Positions 1 through 8,665 of a stretch of DNA of 64,000 nucleotides are shown here, piece after piece; position 1 is the first letter of the stretch, and every line of letters begins with the position of its first letter. The stretch spans positions 2,241 through 66,240 of IMG/VR virus record IMGVR_UViG_3300020043_005956; one strand, 5' to 3'. Below the pieces are notes generated by a model, which saw only the letters and a list, made by a program, of their open reading frames with translations, made no database searches and had not been told where the DNA came from. The stretch comes from a virus. Taxonomy: Duplodnaviria; Caudoviricetes. Position numbers and translations under genes: made by a program.

Positions 1-90
1 TCCCTTCAAAGGATTTTATCGCTTCGGCAATTGGCTGCCTATTAGACGAAATTTGACCATTAATTACTTTGGTCGGGAAGGAGATTTTCA

Positions 91-303
91 TTACTCAATT
101 ACATTTTGGTTGAAAACAACATAACTTCGGTCAAGTTCAGGATTGCCTCGTTCATTTACTAAACAGGCTTCAAGTTCTAACTTAATATCATCAATGCTGA
201 CTGGTTCAACTTTTCTGATATAGAAGGTCTCTTCGTCGCCTTGGTTCACAAGGTCGTAAAAAATCTCTACTTGAAACGTGGCTAATGTTTTTAGGCTTTC
301 CAT
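91..303 (-). CDS. hypothetical phage protein
   Basis: ORF track; co-oriented and coupled with 303..614. Confidence 0.6.
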   Translation of the reverse strand: MESLKTLATFQVEIFYDLVNQGDEETFYIRKVEPVSIDDIKLELEACLVNERGNPELDRSYVVFNQNVIE

Positions 304-614
304 TACTTCTCCCTCCCATCATAAAGTACAACATTGATATGCTCTTTTTCACCATCCCCAAGTTCAGCATCAACAGCTTCTTGCAGTTCTTTGATAAAAT
401 CGTTGGGCTTGGCTAATTCAAAGCCTGTTATTTCGTGGCTTGCTGCGTAGCTTGCGCCTGTAATATCATCGATGTAGCCTTCTTGGGTTGAAACTGATAC
501 CTCCAAATCGACAATAATCGAAATGGTAATAGTGTCGTCCTTACGTTGTGGTGTTCGGCCAAATGTGGCCTGACTTGCTGCGGCAATTGCAGCCTTTAAA
601 TTTTCTGATTTCAT
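303..614 (-). CDS. hypothetical phage protein, first gene after a promoter and GTCAATAACAA leader
   Basis: ORF track; upstream minus strand reads TATTTTCG-CAGA-GTCAATAACAA-TTTTTAAGCG-ATG. Confidence 0.7.
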   Translation of the reverse strand: MKSENLKAAIAAASQATFGRTPQRKDDTITISIIVDLEVSVSTQEGYIDDITGASYAASHEITGFELAKPNDFIKELQEAVDAELGDGEKEHINVVLYDGREK

Positions 615-691
615 CGCTTAAAAATTGTTATTGACTCTGCGAAAATAGTAATTATTTTGATTGTAGTACAAAATAGTTTAATTATTTTCAA

Positions 692-734
692 TTATTTTCA
701 TTCAAAATTAGCCTTCCATCAAGGGTAAACATTG
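692..734. repeat. 43-bp direct repeat, copy 1 (copy 2 at 1880..1922)
   Basis: ttattttcattcaaaattagccttccatcaagggtaaacattg vs ttattctcatttaaaattagccttccatcgagggtaaacattg, 3 mismatches. Confidence 0.9.
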
Positions 735-736
735 CG

Positions 737-916
737 TTAATCTGAAACCAACAACTCAATAGAAATGTTTGATAAATCTACCCCACACCTTTCATAAATT
801 GCCATTTTCATATCCCATTCAAGGTCTTTTAACTCATTTGCCTTTTCGTTTTCGTTTTTCCAATCTGTGTTCCATTTTTCAACTTCTGATAATTCAATTT
901 TTGCTACAATTTTCAT
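737..916 (-). CDS. small hypothetical protein (59 aa, MKIVAKIELSEVEKW...)
   Basis: translated by hand; A-rich start context; co-oriented with neighbours. Confidence 0.6.
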   Translation of the reverse strand: MKIVAKIELSEVEKWNTDWKNENEKANELKDLEWDMKMAIYERCGVDLSNISIELLVSD

Positions 917-942
917 TTTTTTTGTATATTTTTAAAATATTA

Positions 943-1362
943 CTATCTGCTTTCCATATCGAAAATCAACTTTACCTCTATTGACTTCATCAGTTCTTTT
1001 ATCGCCCCTTCTTTTGTTCCAGATTCGGCAACCATACCTTCTACTCCAACAAGTTCTGCCGTCCAAGAATGAAATTTACCATACGCCGTATCGGTTTTAA
1101 TTTCTTGATATTTAATATCTAATTTTGGAAATGCTTTGTTTGTTTTTGGCACGTGCTGACTTAATTTTTCCACTACCAACTCAAGGGTAGTAGGTGGCAA
1201 TCTTAAGGCATTAACGATACACCAATTTGCAATTTCTGAATTTTGATTAGGCAATAAAATTGTTCTGCAAATGGACACGATTTCGGAAAGTTGCGTTTCG
1301 GTCAAATTAAGGCCGTACTCAAATTCCATGTGTTTAAAAAGTGTTTGATTTTCTGATGCCAT
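943..1362 (-). CDS. hypothetical protein, C-terminus weakly HicB-N-like
   Basis: ORF track; WTAELVGVEGMVAESGTKEGAIKEL segment. Confidence 0.55.
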   Translation of the reverse strand: MASENQTLFKHMEFEYGLNLTETQLSEIVSICRTILLPNQNSEIANWCIVNALRLPPTTLELVVEKLSQHVPKTNKAFPKLDIKYQEIKTDTAYGKFHSWTAELVGVEGMVAESGTKEGAIKELMKSIEVKLIFDMESR

Positions 1363-1366
1363 TTTT

Positions 1367-1546
1367 TTATTTTTTACTTGTTAAATGATAATTTCCGCAA
1401 TACGGACATTTGTAAACTCTTTTAGGTTTTTTAGTAGCCATTCTGCGCTGACTTTTGCCGTACGCTCTGCCTTTTTTTGAAAAGCTATTAACTACCTTTT
1501 GCGCTTGTTCAAATGTATCAAATGAAGTTTTTCCGCAATTAGACAT
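1367..1546 (-). CDS. small zinc-finger protein (59 aa)
   Basis: translated by hand: MSNCGK...RVYKCPYCGNYHLTSKK, a common phage CxxC/H motif. Confidence 0.7.
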   Translation of the reverse strand: MSNCGKTSFDTFEQAQKVVNSFSKKGRAYGKSQRRMATKKPKRVYKCPYCGNYHLTSKK

Positions 1547-1889
1547 TATCTACCTCCTTTGCCTGGGTTCGTATTTCATCAAGGCTTCTCAATATAGAAT
1601 CTACTCTATCATTTGGGAACTCCTCTCTAATTACCGAAAGCAGTAATTTTACTTCTTCGCATTTCACATAAAAATCAAATGCCAATCTTTGGTTTTCCGT
1701 AGGGTTTTGAATTTCCTTGAATCGTCGAATATTTAGGTCGATTTCGTGGATTCGAATAAGGGCTGCAACCTTTGGAATAAGTTTCGATTTATCAAAGTAT
1801 GGTTCGTTTTCAATTGCTTCAATTATCTTGGTCGCAATGAAAATAGGCGATTGGGTTTTTATATCTCGTTTAGCCATTGTTATTCTCAT
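1539..1889 (-). CDS. hypothetical protein
   Basis: ORF track; start may be the second Met. Confidence 0.6.
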   Translation of the reverse strand: MRITMAKRDIKTQSPIFIATKIIEAIENEPYFDKSKLIPKVAALIRIHEIDLNIRRFKEIQNPTENQRLAFDFYVKCEEVKLLLSVIREEFPNDRVDSILRSLDEIRTQAKEVDNV

Positions 1890-2361
1890 TTAAAATTAGC
1901 CTTCCATCGAGGGTAAACATTGGGTTGCATTCTTCCCAAATATTACACCTATGCCATCTCGCCGACTTCATTACAACCTTAACAGGGTTTACCATTTTTG
2001 CAACCTTTTCTAAGTCCTTAATCGCTTGTTTGCAGTCCCTTTCAAAATACGGACGAACTGCTAAACCTCGGTCCTTCATTGTGGATTGATTTTCCTGTGT
2101 TCCGTTCCAAAGTTGTTCAAGCTGTCTAATGCGTTCCAATCGCTCGGAAACGATGAAGGTATGGAAATGGTCAATGAAAATGTACTCGAAGCCTATATCG
2201 AGCGCAATGCACAAATTAATGAACTTAAAGCCGAGGGTTCGGTTTGCCAAATTGAAAACTCGTTCAACTCGTTTGGTCGTGGTCGGTTTTTTGTTTAAAA
2301 GCCTGTTTGCTTCTTCGGGTTTGTAAAGGAAAAGGCGGTCAGGGTAGGTGTCGGATAGCAT
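1870..2361 (-). CDS. hypothetical protein
   Basis: ORF track; its 3' end is duplicated at 688..732. Confidence 0.65.
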   Translation of the reverse strand: MLSDTYPDRLFLYKPEEANRLLNKKPTTTKRVERVFNLANRTLGFKFINLCIALDIGFEYIFIDHFHTFIVSERLERIRQLEQLWNGTQENQSTMKDRGLAVRPYFERDCKQAIKDLEKVAKMVNPVKVVMKSARWHRCNIWEECNPMFTLDGRLILNENNNG

Positions 2362-2373
2362 AGTTTCTGTTTT

Positions 2374-2517
2374 TTAGTGGTTATTTCCCAAATATTCCCA
2401 AACCTTAACTAAGGATGGCCAGGCTGCGTTGACAATCAAACCTGCAACGTAAACAATTGCCATCCAAGATACGGCAAGTAATAGGAATCGGCAAATGCCG
2501 TGGGTTCGGGCTTTCAT
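2374..2517 (-). CDS. small membrane peptide (47 aa)
   Basis: translated by hand: MKARTHGICRFLLLAVSWMAIVYVAGLIV...; ATGA overlap with upstream ORF. Confidence 0.55.
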   Translation of the reverse strand: MKARTHGICRFLLLAVSWMAIVYVAGLIVNAAWPSLVKVWEYLGNNH

Positions 2518-2615
2518 GCGAAACAAAAATTAATGGTTGATATTATGGCCAATAAGCCAATAGAAAAGATAATTGCGGCAGCAAGTAGTAGCCTTTTAAG
2601 AAGGTTAGGTTTCAT
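2514..2615 (-). CDS. small membrane peptide (33 aa), first gene after promoter
   Basis: MKPNLLKRLLLAAAIIFSIGLLAIISTINFCFA; upstream TACATTTG-CAAT-GTCAATAACAAC. Confidence 0.6.
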   Translation of the reverse strand: MKPNLLKRLLLAAAIIFSIGLLAIISTINFCFA

Positions 2616-2654
2616 TGTTTTAAGTTGTTATTGACATTGCAAATGTAGTAATTT

Positions 2655-2879
2655 CTAAATATCATCAATATCTTTTCGGATAAAACTTTCGGGATTGCGG
2701 TAAAAATACCCAGCCCTAACGACCACCTCTCTCATTTTGGTTTCGGATAAGATTCCCGAAGCATAACGATTTCGGATGTTATTTCCCCATTGGCTGCTCA
2801 TCCCGCATCTGCGGTAAAAGTATTTAAAGTTTAAGGTGTAGCAGAAAGCCTGCTCTAAACTCATTGTTTCTGTTCTCAT
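2655..2879 (-). CDS. hypothetical protein, possibly DNA-binding
   Basis: ORF track. Confidence 0.55.
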   Translation of the reverse strand: MRTETMSLEQAFCYTLNFKYFYRRCGMSSQWGNNIRNRYASGILSETKMREVVVRAGYFYRNPESFIRKDIDDI

Positions 2880-2898
2880 TGTTGTTACATTGTTGTGA

Positions 2899-3591
2899 TT
2901 AAAGTAAATTTTCTTGTTTGTAATAGTTTATTAGATACCACACATTTTGAGGTGTAAACTCCTTCCCATCGGTTGTTATGTACCCGCTTCGTTTGTAGCC
3001 TAAGCGATTAAGGTTGTAGCTAATTTCCTTCAGAAGATAGTCAGGGTTGGCAGCAATATACATTTTGATATACTCGTATATCTGAACTTTGTTGTTATCT
3101 TCCCACACAGCTCTTTTCCTTGCTATTCCTCCATTAACTGCGGCTTCATAGCTTAGGTTTTCAGGTTTTCCAAGTTTCACTCCATTGGCTTTCTTAACCT
3201 GCAATGCAGCCTTTGTTCTTTTGCTTATCAGTTCCCTTTCGTGTTGCGCCATCGTTGCGAAGATGCCAAGGGTTAAGGTGTTGAGGTCGGGCAAATCTAA
3301 GCAAACAAAGTTAACTGATTCTTTCAAGGTAAACAAAAAAGACACATTTCTACTTAGTCTGTCTAACTTAGCTATGAGCAAAGTTGCTTCTTTTTGTTTA
3401 CATTCCTTTATAGCTATTTCAAGTTGAGGTCGCTTGTCCTTCTTACCCGATTCAATTTCTGTAAACTCCTGCAATATACGGCCATTATTTTTGGCGTATA
3501 AGTTAACAGCTTGCTTTTGTGCTTCCAAACCTAAGCCTGATTCACCTTGTCGCTTTGTTGATACTCGGTAGTATGCAATGTAAGTTTTCAT
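2899..3591 (-). CDS. serine recombinase (resolvase/invertase family)
   Basis: YIAYYRVSTKRQ catalytic motif, ESGKKDKRPQL and AKLDRLSR motifs. Confidence 0.95.
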   Translation of the reverse strand: MKTYIAYYRVSTKRQGESGLGLEAQKQAVNLYAKNNGRILQEFTEIESGKKDKRPQLEIAIKECKQKEATLLIAKLDRLSRNVSFLFTLKESVNFVCLDLPDLNTLTLGIFATMAQHERELISKRTKAALQVKKANGVKLGKPENLSYEAAVNGGIARKRAVWEDNNKVQIYEYIKMYIAANPDYLLKEISYNLNRLGYKRSGYITTDGKEFTPQNVWYLINYYKQENLL

Positions 3592-3593
3592 AT

Positions 3594-3830
3594 TTAATTT
3601 AGCGTAAAGGATTCCAAGGTTAAGATTTCAAGTTTGGCGAATTGCAACTGCCAATACATTTTTCTGACGGCTTTATAATATTCCCAAAATTGTTCCTGTT
3701 CCCTTTTCGGCAACTTGAATAATTCCCCTGAATTTATGAAGTTTCTACATTCCGCTTTTTGGGCGGAAAGTTCGGCAATGGCTTCATCGTTTGAAGTCAA
3801 ACGACTGATGGTGTCGGTGTGGTAGTACAT
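3594..3830 (-). CDS. hypothetical protein (probable start MYYHTD)
   Basis: ORF track 3594..3917; internal ATG has AACCAACAAACA context. Confidence 0.55.
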   Translation of the reverse strand: MYYHTDTISRLTSNDEAIAELSAQKAECRNFINSGELFKLPKREQEQFWEYYKAVRKMYWQLQFAKLEILTLESFTLN

Positions 3831-3861
3831 TGTTTGTTGGTTGGTTTTAAAGATTAATGTT

Positions 3862-4095
3862 TTAGGGCAATTCAAAGAATGGATAGTCATTATCATCAAA
3901 GTCATTCTCAAAAGCAATCAATCCCTTTTTGCTAAGGTATTTCCTTTCGCCTCCGCTATGCCGAAAGTACATTGTATTTTCTTCGTCCAATTTCTCGAAC
4001 TTCAATAGGGTTGCAAAAGGTAGTGTTGGGTTTGTGTCGCTGTATATTTTACCAGCAACAAGTTCTTTTGGGTGGTTGATTTTTTTGTAGGTCAT
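3862..4095 (-). CDS. hypothetical protein
   Basis: ORF track. Confidence 0.6.
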   Translation of the reverse strand: MTYKKINHPKELVAGKIYSDTNPTLPFATLLKFEKLDEENTMYFRHSGGERKYLSKKGLIAFENDFDDNDYPFFELP

Positions 4096-4117
4096 TTTGG
4101 TTGGTTTTTTTCATTGG

Positions 4118-4363
4118 TTAACTAAAAGATACAATGCTATTACCTTTAACCCTGCCTACTGGCTTATCTGTTAAATAGATAGACGATTTTGACAAGTTGT
4201 TTTCATTCGCATCTTCTACTTCTTCCCAATCGTGAGAATATCCATTTGTCTTACAAACTCTTAATCGTAAATTATTTTCGGAAATAAATTCACAAAGCTG
4301 CTCTAAGGTCATTTTTGAAATCGTTCCTTTGTAAAAGACTGATTTTGTTTTTTGGTTGTTCAT
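4118..4363 (-). CDS. hypothetical protein
   Basis: ORF track. Confidence 0.6.
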   Translation of the reverse strand: MNNQKTKSVFYKGTISKMTLEQLCEFISENNLRLRVCKTNGYSHDWEEVEDANENNLSKSSIYLTDKPVGRVKGNSIVSFS

Positions 4364-4408
4364 TTTTTTTTAGTTTTTAAAGTTAGTTTTTTACCTGATT
4401 AATATTTT

Positions 4409-4609
4409 CTATCCTTTCGGGTTTGTTGTTACATTATTTACATTGTTATTGCCCCATTCAACGATTTCAGACAATGGTGTGGACTGGGAAAAGTTTTCCT
4501 CTTTGAAGGGAAATTTGAAACCTTCTTTCCAAAGTTCAGCAGTTCGGTTGTAGGCTGTTCCGTTTTGGACTATGAGGTAATAATTGTTTTTAATTTTAAT
4601 TTTTAACAT
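4409..4609 (-). CDS. hypothetical protein
   Basis: ORF track. Confidence 0.55.
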   Translation of the reverse strand: MLKIKIKNNYYLIVQNGTAYNRTAELWKEGFKFPFKEENFSQSTPLSEIVEWGNNNVNNVTTNPKG

Positions 4610-4827
4610 TTTTCTTGTTGGATTTTTATAATTAATTCGTTTTTGTATGATGCTATGTCGAAATAAAGTTTATTATCAAAACAATATCTTAACAAAGCTT
4701 GAATGTCAAGGTCGTTTAGCGTTGTAAGATATACGGACAAATAATCATCCGTATATTGATAGTTTATTGTTTTATCTCTTTTTCGCCTTGTAAAAATATC
4801 TTTGATAGGTTCTTTGTGTCTTCTCAT
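4603..4827 (-). CDS. hypothetical protein
   Basis: ORF track. Confidence 0.55.
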   Translation of the reverse strand: MRRHKEPIKDIFTRRKRDKTINYQYTDDYLSVYLTTLNDLDIQALLRYCFDNKLYFDIASYKNELIIKIQQEKC

Positions 4828-4833
4828 TGGTTG

Positions 4834-5076
4834 TTACATTGTTTTTAATGGTTGTAAGTCTATTGGTTGCCCATCAAGGCCGTAATCGCAAGTCCAACCT
4901 ATTTGTTCCAAGGCTTCAACGAGGTCGGCGCAACCTTGATAGTCGCTGTCGCCTTGCATAACTTCCGCCCAGCTTGCATCGGGGTCGTTTATTAAATCTT
5001 TTACCTGCCTAAGGTCGTTCTGTTGCGCTTCGGGCAACGTGTCGAAGTCTGCTAAAATTTCAAAATAGTTTTGCAT
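4834..5076 (-). CDS. conserved small phage protein
   Basis: YQGCADLVEALEQIGWTCDYGLDGQP resembles a motif I recall from Bacteroidota phage proteins. Confidence 0.7.
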   Translation of the reverse strand: MQNYFEILADFDTLPEAQQNDLRQVKDLINDPDASWAEVMQGDSDYQGCADLVEALEQIGWTCDYGLDGQPIDLQPLKTM

Positions 5077-5100
5077 TGTTTTTTTATTTTTTTTGGTTGG

Positions 5101-5301
5101 TTATAATGATAAATTTGACAAATTGTAAATCTCGTTATTCTGCTCATTCTTAACTTGGTAATCCACAACGGCAATGGGCGAGAATCCCGATTTGGACAAT
5201 TTGTTAAAATGGAATTGCTTTACCTCGTCTGCACTCATTGAAGATTTACTCCAGCCTGTTTGAGTATTGGTAATTGTGTAGGTGGTTGGTTGGTTGTTCA
5301 T
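5101..5301 (-). CDS. hypothetical protein
   Basis: ORF track. Confidence 0.55.
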   Translation of the reverse strand: MNNQPTTYTITNTQTGWSKSSMSADEVKQFHFNKLSKSGFSPIAVVDYQVKNEQNNEIYNLSNLSL

Positions 5302-5332
5302 TTTTTTCTATTTTTATTTGGTTGGTTTGTTG

Positions 5333-5551
5333 TTACATTGTTTTTTGCGAAAGGCCAAAATTGACCTTTATGATGTTTCTAAAAATTGCTTCTTGCTGAC
5401 TGCTTATTTTCATTGCCTTACCTTCTGCCCTGTATTTGCTGTTGACCTTACCTTTATATTCAATTTTGAAGGTAGGTTTGTAGGTCAAATAAAATAGGCG
5501 GGAATCGTCGGTAATTATTGTTGTGGCTTGGGGGTGGTTGAAAGCTTGCAT
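5333..5551 (-). CDS. hypothetical protein
   Basis: ORF track. Confidence 0.55.
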   Translation of the reverse strand: MQAFNHPQATTIITDDSRLFYLTYKPTFKIEYKGKVNSKYRAEGKAMKISSQQEAIFRNIIKVNFGLSQKTM

Positions 5552-5577
5552 TTTTTGCGCTGTGTTGAATGATTTTT

Positions 5578-5606
5578 TAAAAAGCGGGGCAAAGTGTCAC
5601 CCCGCT
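5578..5606 (-). terminator. putative intrinsic terminator
   Basis: AGCGGGG/CCCCGCT stem followed by a short T run on the minus strand, downstream of 5635..6012. Confidence 0.55.
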
Positions 5607-5634
5607 AAATTGAGGTGGTTTAAAGTTAAGGGAA

Positions 5635-6012
5635 TTAATATTCTTGTGGTAACATTATTGTTTTGTCTACGTTCCATATTGTTGCAACGTCGTGCGGGAA
5701 ATCTGAAAAGGGTATTTTTTGAGTGACTAAAATATTGTCGTTTCCGTCTGTTGCTGTTACATTGAACTTACTACCTTTTACTCTTTCAAGTGTCCAAACC
5801 TGAAAGGGTTCGGCGGCTACCTTTGCGCTAATTTGATAGCTTAAAATAACATCTAAAAACCAGAAGGATTTATTCTCTTCGCAAAGGTCTTTAACTCCAT
5901 CGGTGCAAACGTGTTCAAAATTACATTTGAAAAATTGGTTTGCGCCGTTTTTACCCAAATAGGCGTTGTTTGCGTTGCTGCTTGTTGTTTGTGTTTTGGT
6001 GGTTGGTTCCAT
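5635..6012 (-). CDS. DUF6876-like protein
   Basis: TDGVK...WFLDVILSYQ...FQVWTL...TDGNDN...QKIPFSDFP pattern. Confidence 0.75.
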   Translation of the reverse strand: MEPTTKTQTTSSNANNAYLGKNGANQFFKCNFEHVCTDGVKDLCEENKSFWFLDVILSYQISAKVAAEPFQVWTLERVKGSKFNVTATDGNDNILVTQKIPFSDFPHDVATIWNVDKTIMLPQEY

Positions 6013-6023
6013 TGTTTCAAATT

Positions 6024-6860
6024 TTAGTTGTTATTTATTAGGTGGTTAAGTTTATACGCTGCGTATATTGTTTTAGTGTAGCTTATTCCGTTGGCTTTAT
6101 CATAGTAAACGGAGGGAATGTAAATTTTACCATCAACTTCGCCTACCTTGTCCGCTGTTGGGTCGGTTCTGTATGCGCCCGCCCCGGTTCGTCCGTTTAT
6201 TTCAGAAGATAGGCCGCAAAGTGCAAAACGTAAAAATAAAGGGGTGCAAAACAAGGTAGCAAATAACTGAAGATTTACAGGCTCTTCGTAGTTTTTAATT
6301 GTGACGTTCAAAAATAAATTTCCATTGTTCTTGCTTGGTTTCGCATTGTACGCACCCACGTTTATTTTCGTGCGTGTGCCGTTCCTTTCCAAGTTATCAA
6401 TAAAGTTTAAAATGTATTGAAACTTTTTAAAAAAATCGCTTTCCTCTACTTTATGGCTTGCGGTTATATCAACGAAAATTTCTTTTTGCCCTACATTAGG
6501 CGTTTCGGTTTCAAAATACCATTGTTCGGGCTGTTCGTTAATTACTGCGTTTATATCAAAAAACATCCCTTCCGTTTGCAGGGTGTAAACTTTGGCGGCG
6601 GTTTCTGTGTTTACTATGTTTAGTTCTTTGACCTTCTTTAAATACTTTTCCAATACTTCATTATCGCCGTTTGTTATTGCGCTTATCGCTTTGTCAACGT
6701 TTTTAAAACCTGCCCATTCGGAAAAGTATGTAAGGTCGTGGTTTTGGCTTACCTGGTTTAACTTAGCCCTAAAATCTTCTAAATTGCCGTTAAAATAAAC
6801 GTCTGGGCGGCGCTCTGTTGGCTGTGCTGCGGTTGCTGTGGTTGTTTTTTTCCTTCTCAT
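6024..6860 (-). CDS. VWA-like partner of MoxR/CobS AAA ATPase
   Basis: IFVDITASH degenerate MIDAS-like strand; directly downstream of the AAA gene. Confidence 0.6.
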   Translation of the reverse strand: MRRKKTTTATAAQPTERRPDVYFNGNLEDFRAKLNQVSQNHDLTYFSEWAGFKNVDKAISAITNGDNEVLEKYLKKVKELNIVNTETAAKVYTLQTEGMFFDINAVINEQPEQWYFETETPNVGQKEIFVDITASHKVEESDFFKKFQYILNFIDNLERNGTRTKINVGAYNAKPSKNNGNLFLNVTIKNYEEPVNLQLFATLFCTPLFLRFALCGLSSEINGRTGAGAYRTDPTADKVGEVDGKIYIPSVYYDKANGISYTKTIYAAYKLNHLINNN

Positions 6861-6863
6861 GGC

Positions 6864-7994
6864 TTATAAGGTGTTAAGTATTTGTTTTGCTTTGTCTTGT
6901 AAATTTGGCGAAATTTGGTCTAAAATTGCTTCCTGTATTGCTTCTGATTTGGACAAATTAAACACGTTCAAACATTTTTCAAGCAAGGCGGTTTTTCGCA
7001 TGCTTAATACTACGCGTTCACCTTTCATACCTTTTCGTAAATTCTGAACAATTGGCGCGGCTGTTGGAAATAGTTCCGTTTCTAATTCTTCATCATAATC
7101 AATAAAAATTTGTTTAAACCTGTCCAAAGTTGCGGCGTCTAACGGATTGCGGCCAATATATTCAGCGCTTGCACCCGTGCCAAAAGTATTAGCAGAAGCT
7201 AAAAAAACAAAATTGGGGTTTTTAGCTACAACTTTATCAGGAAAGGCACAAACACCATTAGCTAAGGCGCTATTAAGAACACTTAACACGTTGGGGTTGC
7301 CATTGTCGATTTCGTCCATTAAAAACACACCTCCGTTTTCGTAGGCTGTGCGAAAGTGTGTACTAATATACGTGCCTGTGGCTGTCGTATATCCTAGCAA
7401 TTCGCTTTTGGTCGTTTGGCCGCAAACTGATAAGGGGTAAAAGTCTAAACCAACTGCAATGGCTGCGTTTTCGGCGGCTTGTGTTTTACCTGTTCCCGCT
7501 GGGCCGTATAAATACAAGTGTGTGCGGGTTTCAATGTAACGCAAAATTTTAGAAAATTCTTTGTGTTGCCTGCCTTTTACCTTGGTTTCTGTTTGGTTAA
7601 TTATTACCTTAGTTTCTGCCGTATACGGTTTGGCGTGTTTCTGTATAAGTTCTATTACCTTACTTTCGTCCAATTCTACATTTTGCGGCTTAACGTGCGG
7701 GGCAATTGCTGCGGCAATGATAGCCTCTAAACTTTGTTGCGGTGCTTGGGTTGGCCTGCAACTTTCCGTTTTGGCTCTCTTTATGGCTCTTTCGAGGGCA
7801 ATTTTTGCGCTCTGCGTTGCTGGTTTTTCAAGTTCGAATAGTTCTAAAATCTCCTCCCAAGTATCGCAGTAATTAAGTTCGTTTTGGATGCAATATTCTG
7901 GAGCTGTCAAGCTGCCTATCTCGGTAAGGTAGGCAAATGATTTTAAAAATAGTTCGTTGCCTGTTGCGGTTGGAAATAAAGTTTGGTTTTTCAT
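6864..7994 (-). CDS. MoxR/CbbQ/CobS-like AAA+ ATPase
   Basis: Walker A GPAGTGKT, Walker B FLMDEID, sensor ASANTFG, LDAATLDRF. Confidence 0.92.
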   Translation of the reverse strand: MKNQTLFPTATGNELFLKSFAYLTEIGSLTAPEYCIQNELNYCDTWEEILELFELEKPATQSAKIALERAIKRAKTESCRPTQAPQQSLEAIIAAAIAPHVKPQNVELDESKVIELIQKHAKPYTAETKVIINQTETKVKGRQHKEFSKILRYIETRTHLYLYGPAGTGKTQAAENAAIAVGLDFYPLSVCGQTTKSELLGYTTATGTYISTHFRTAYENGGVFLMDEIDNGNPNVLSVLNSALANGVCAFPDKVVAKNPNFVFLASANTFGTGASAEYIGRNPLDAATLDRFKQIFIDYDEELETELFPTAAPIVQNLRKGMKGERVVLSMRKTALLEKCLNVFNLSKSEAIQEAILDQISPNLQDKAKQILNTL

Positions 7995-8043
7995 TGCTTA
8001 AAGTTTAAAGTTTAAAAATTGGTTGGTTGGTTGGTTGGTTGGT

Positions 8044-8211
8044 TTATTTTTTAAAGGTCAAATTTTCAATAAAAAGAACGATGCTTAAAACAATGCTTAA
8101 CAAGGTGAAAAAGGCAAACAATTGATATTCCTTAGAAAAGGCTGAAAAGCCCACAAGGAATAAGCAAAGAAATAAGCTAATTAATAGGGGTGTGTTTGGT
8201 TGGTTGTTCAT
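8044..8211 (-). CDS. small two-helix membrane protein (55 aa)
   Basis: translated by hand: MNNQPNTPLLISLFLCLFLVGFSAFSKEYQLFAFFTLLSIVLSIVLF... Confidence 0.55.
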   Translation of the reverse strand: MNNQPNTPLLISLFLCLFLVGFSAFSKEYQLFAFFTLLSIVLSIVLFIENLTFKK

Positions 8212-8281
8212 TGTTTTGTTTTTTGGTTGGTTAAAAAAATTTATTGCAGTTTGTAGGATGCTGCGCCCCTTGGTTTATTTT

Positions 8282-8548
8282 TCAAACTTCATATTGTTCG
8301 CATTGTGCTTTAAATAATTCTCTGCAAACAACCGAAGATTTACCTCTAAAAGATATTACTTCAATGATAAATCCATCTTTGTAATAAATACCTGATGGAA
8401 CATCTTTACGCTCTTTGTATGGCATTTCCATTAATGAAATGAATGCAATATCGTGATGAGATAACAAATGCTTTTTAACACATTTAAATTGAGAAAAATC
8501 AATGCTTTTAAATTTCTCTTTACTGATGTTGACTATTCGCTTTTCCAT
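8282..8548 (-). CDS. hypothetical protein, first gene of the leftward early operon
   Basis: ORF track; preceded by GTCAATAACAA leader and a near-consensus promoter. Confidence 0.65.
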   Translation of the reverse strand: MEKRIVNISKEKFKSIDFSQFKCVKKHLLSHHDIAFISLMEMPYKERKDVPSGIYYKDGFIIEVISFRGKSSVVCRELFKAQCEQYEV

Positions 8549-8665
8549 TGTTTTTTATTGTTATTGACAGGACAAAGTAACGGCAAAAAACAATACAAAA
8601 TACAACAGCAAGTAAATATTTTTGTAACTGCTTGAAAATCAATGAGAAAAAGTTACATAAAAGTT

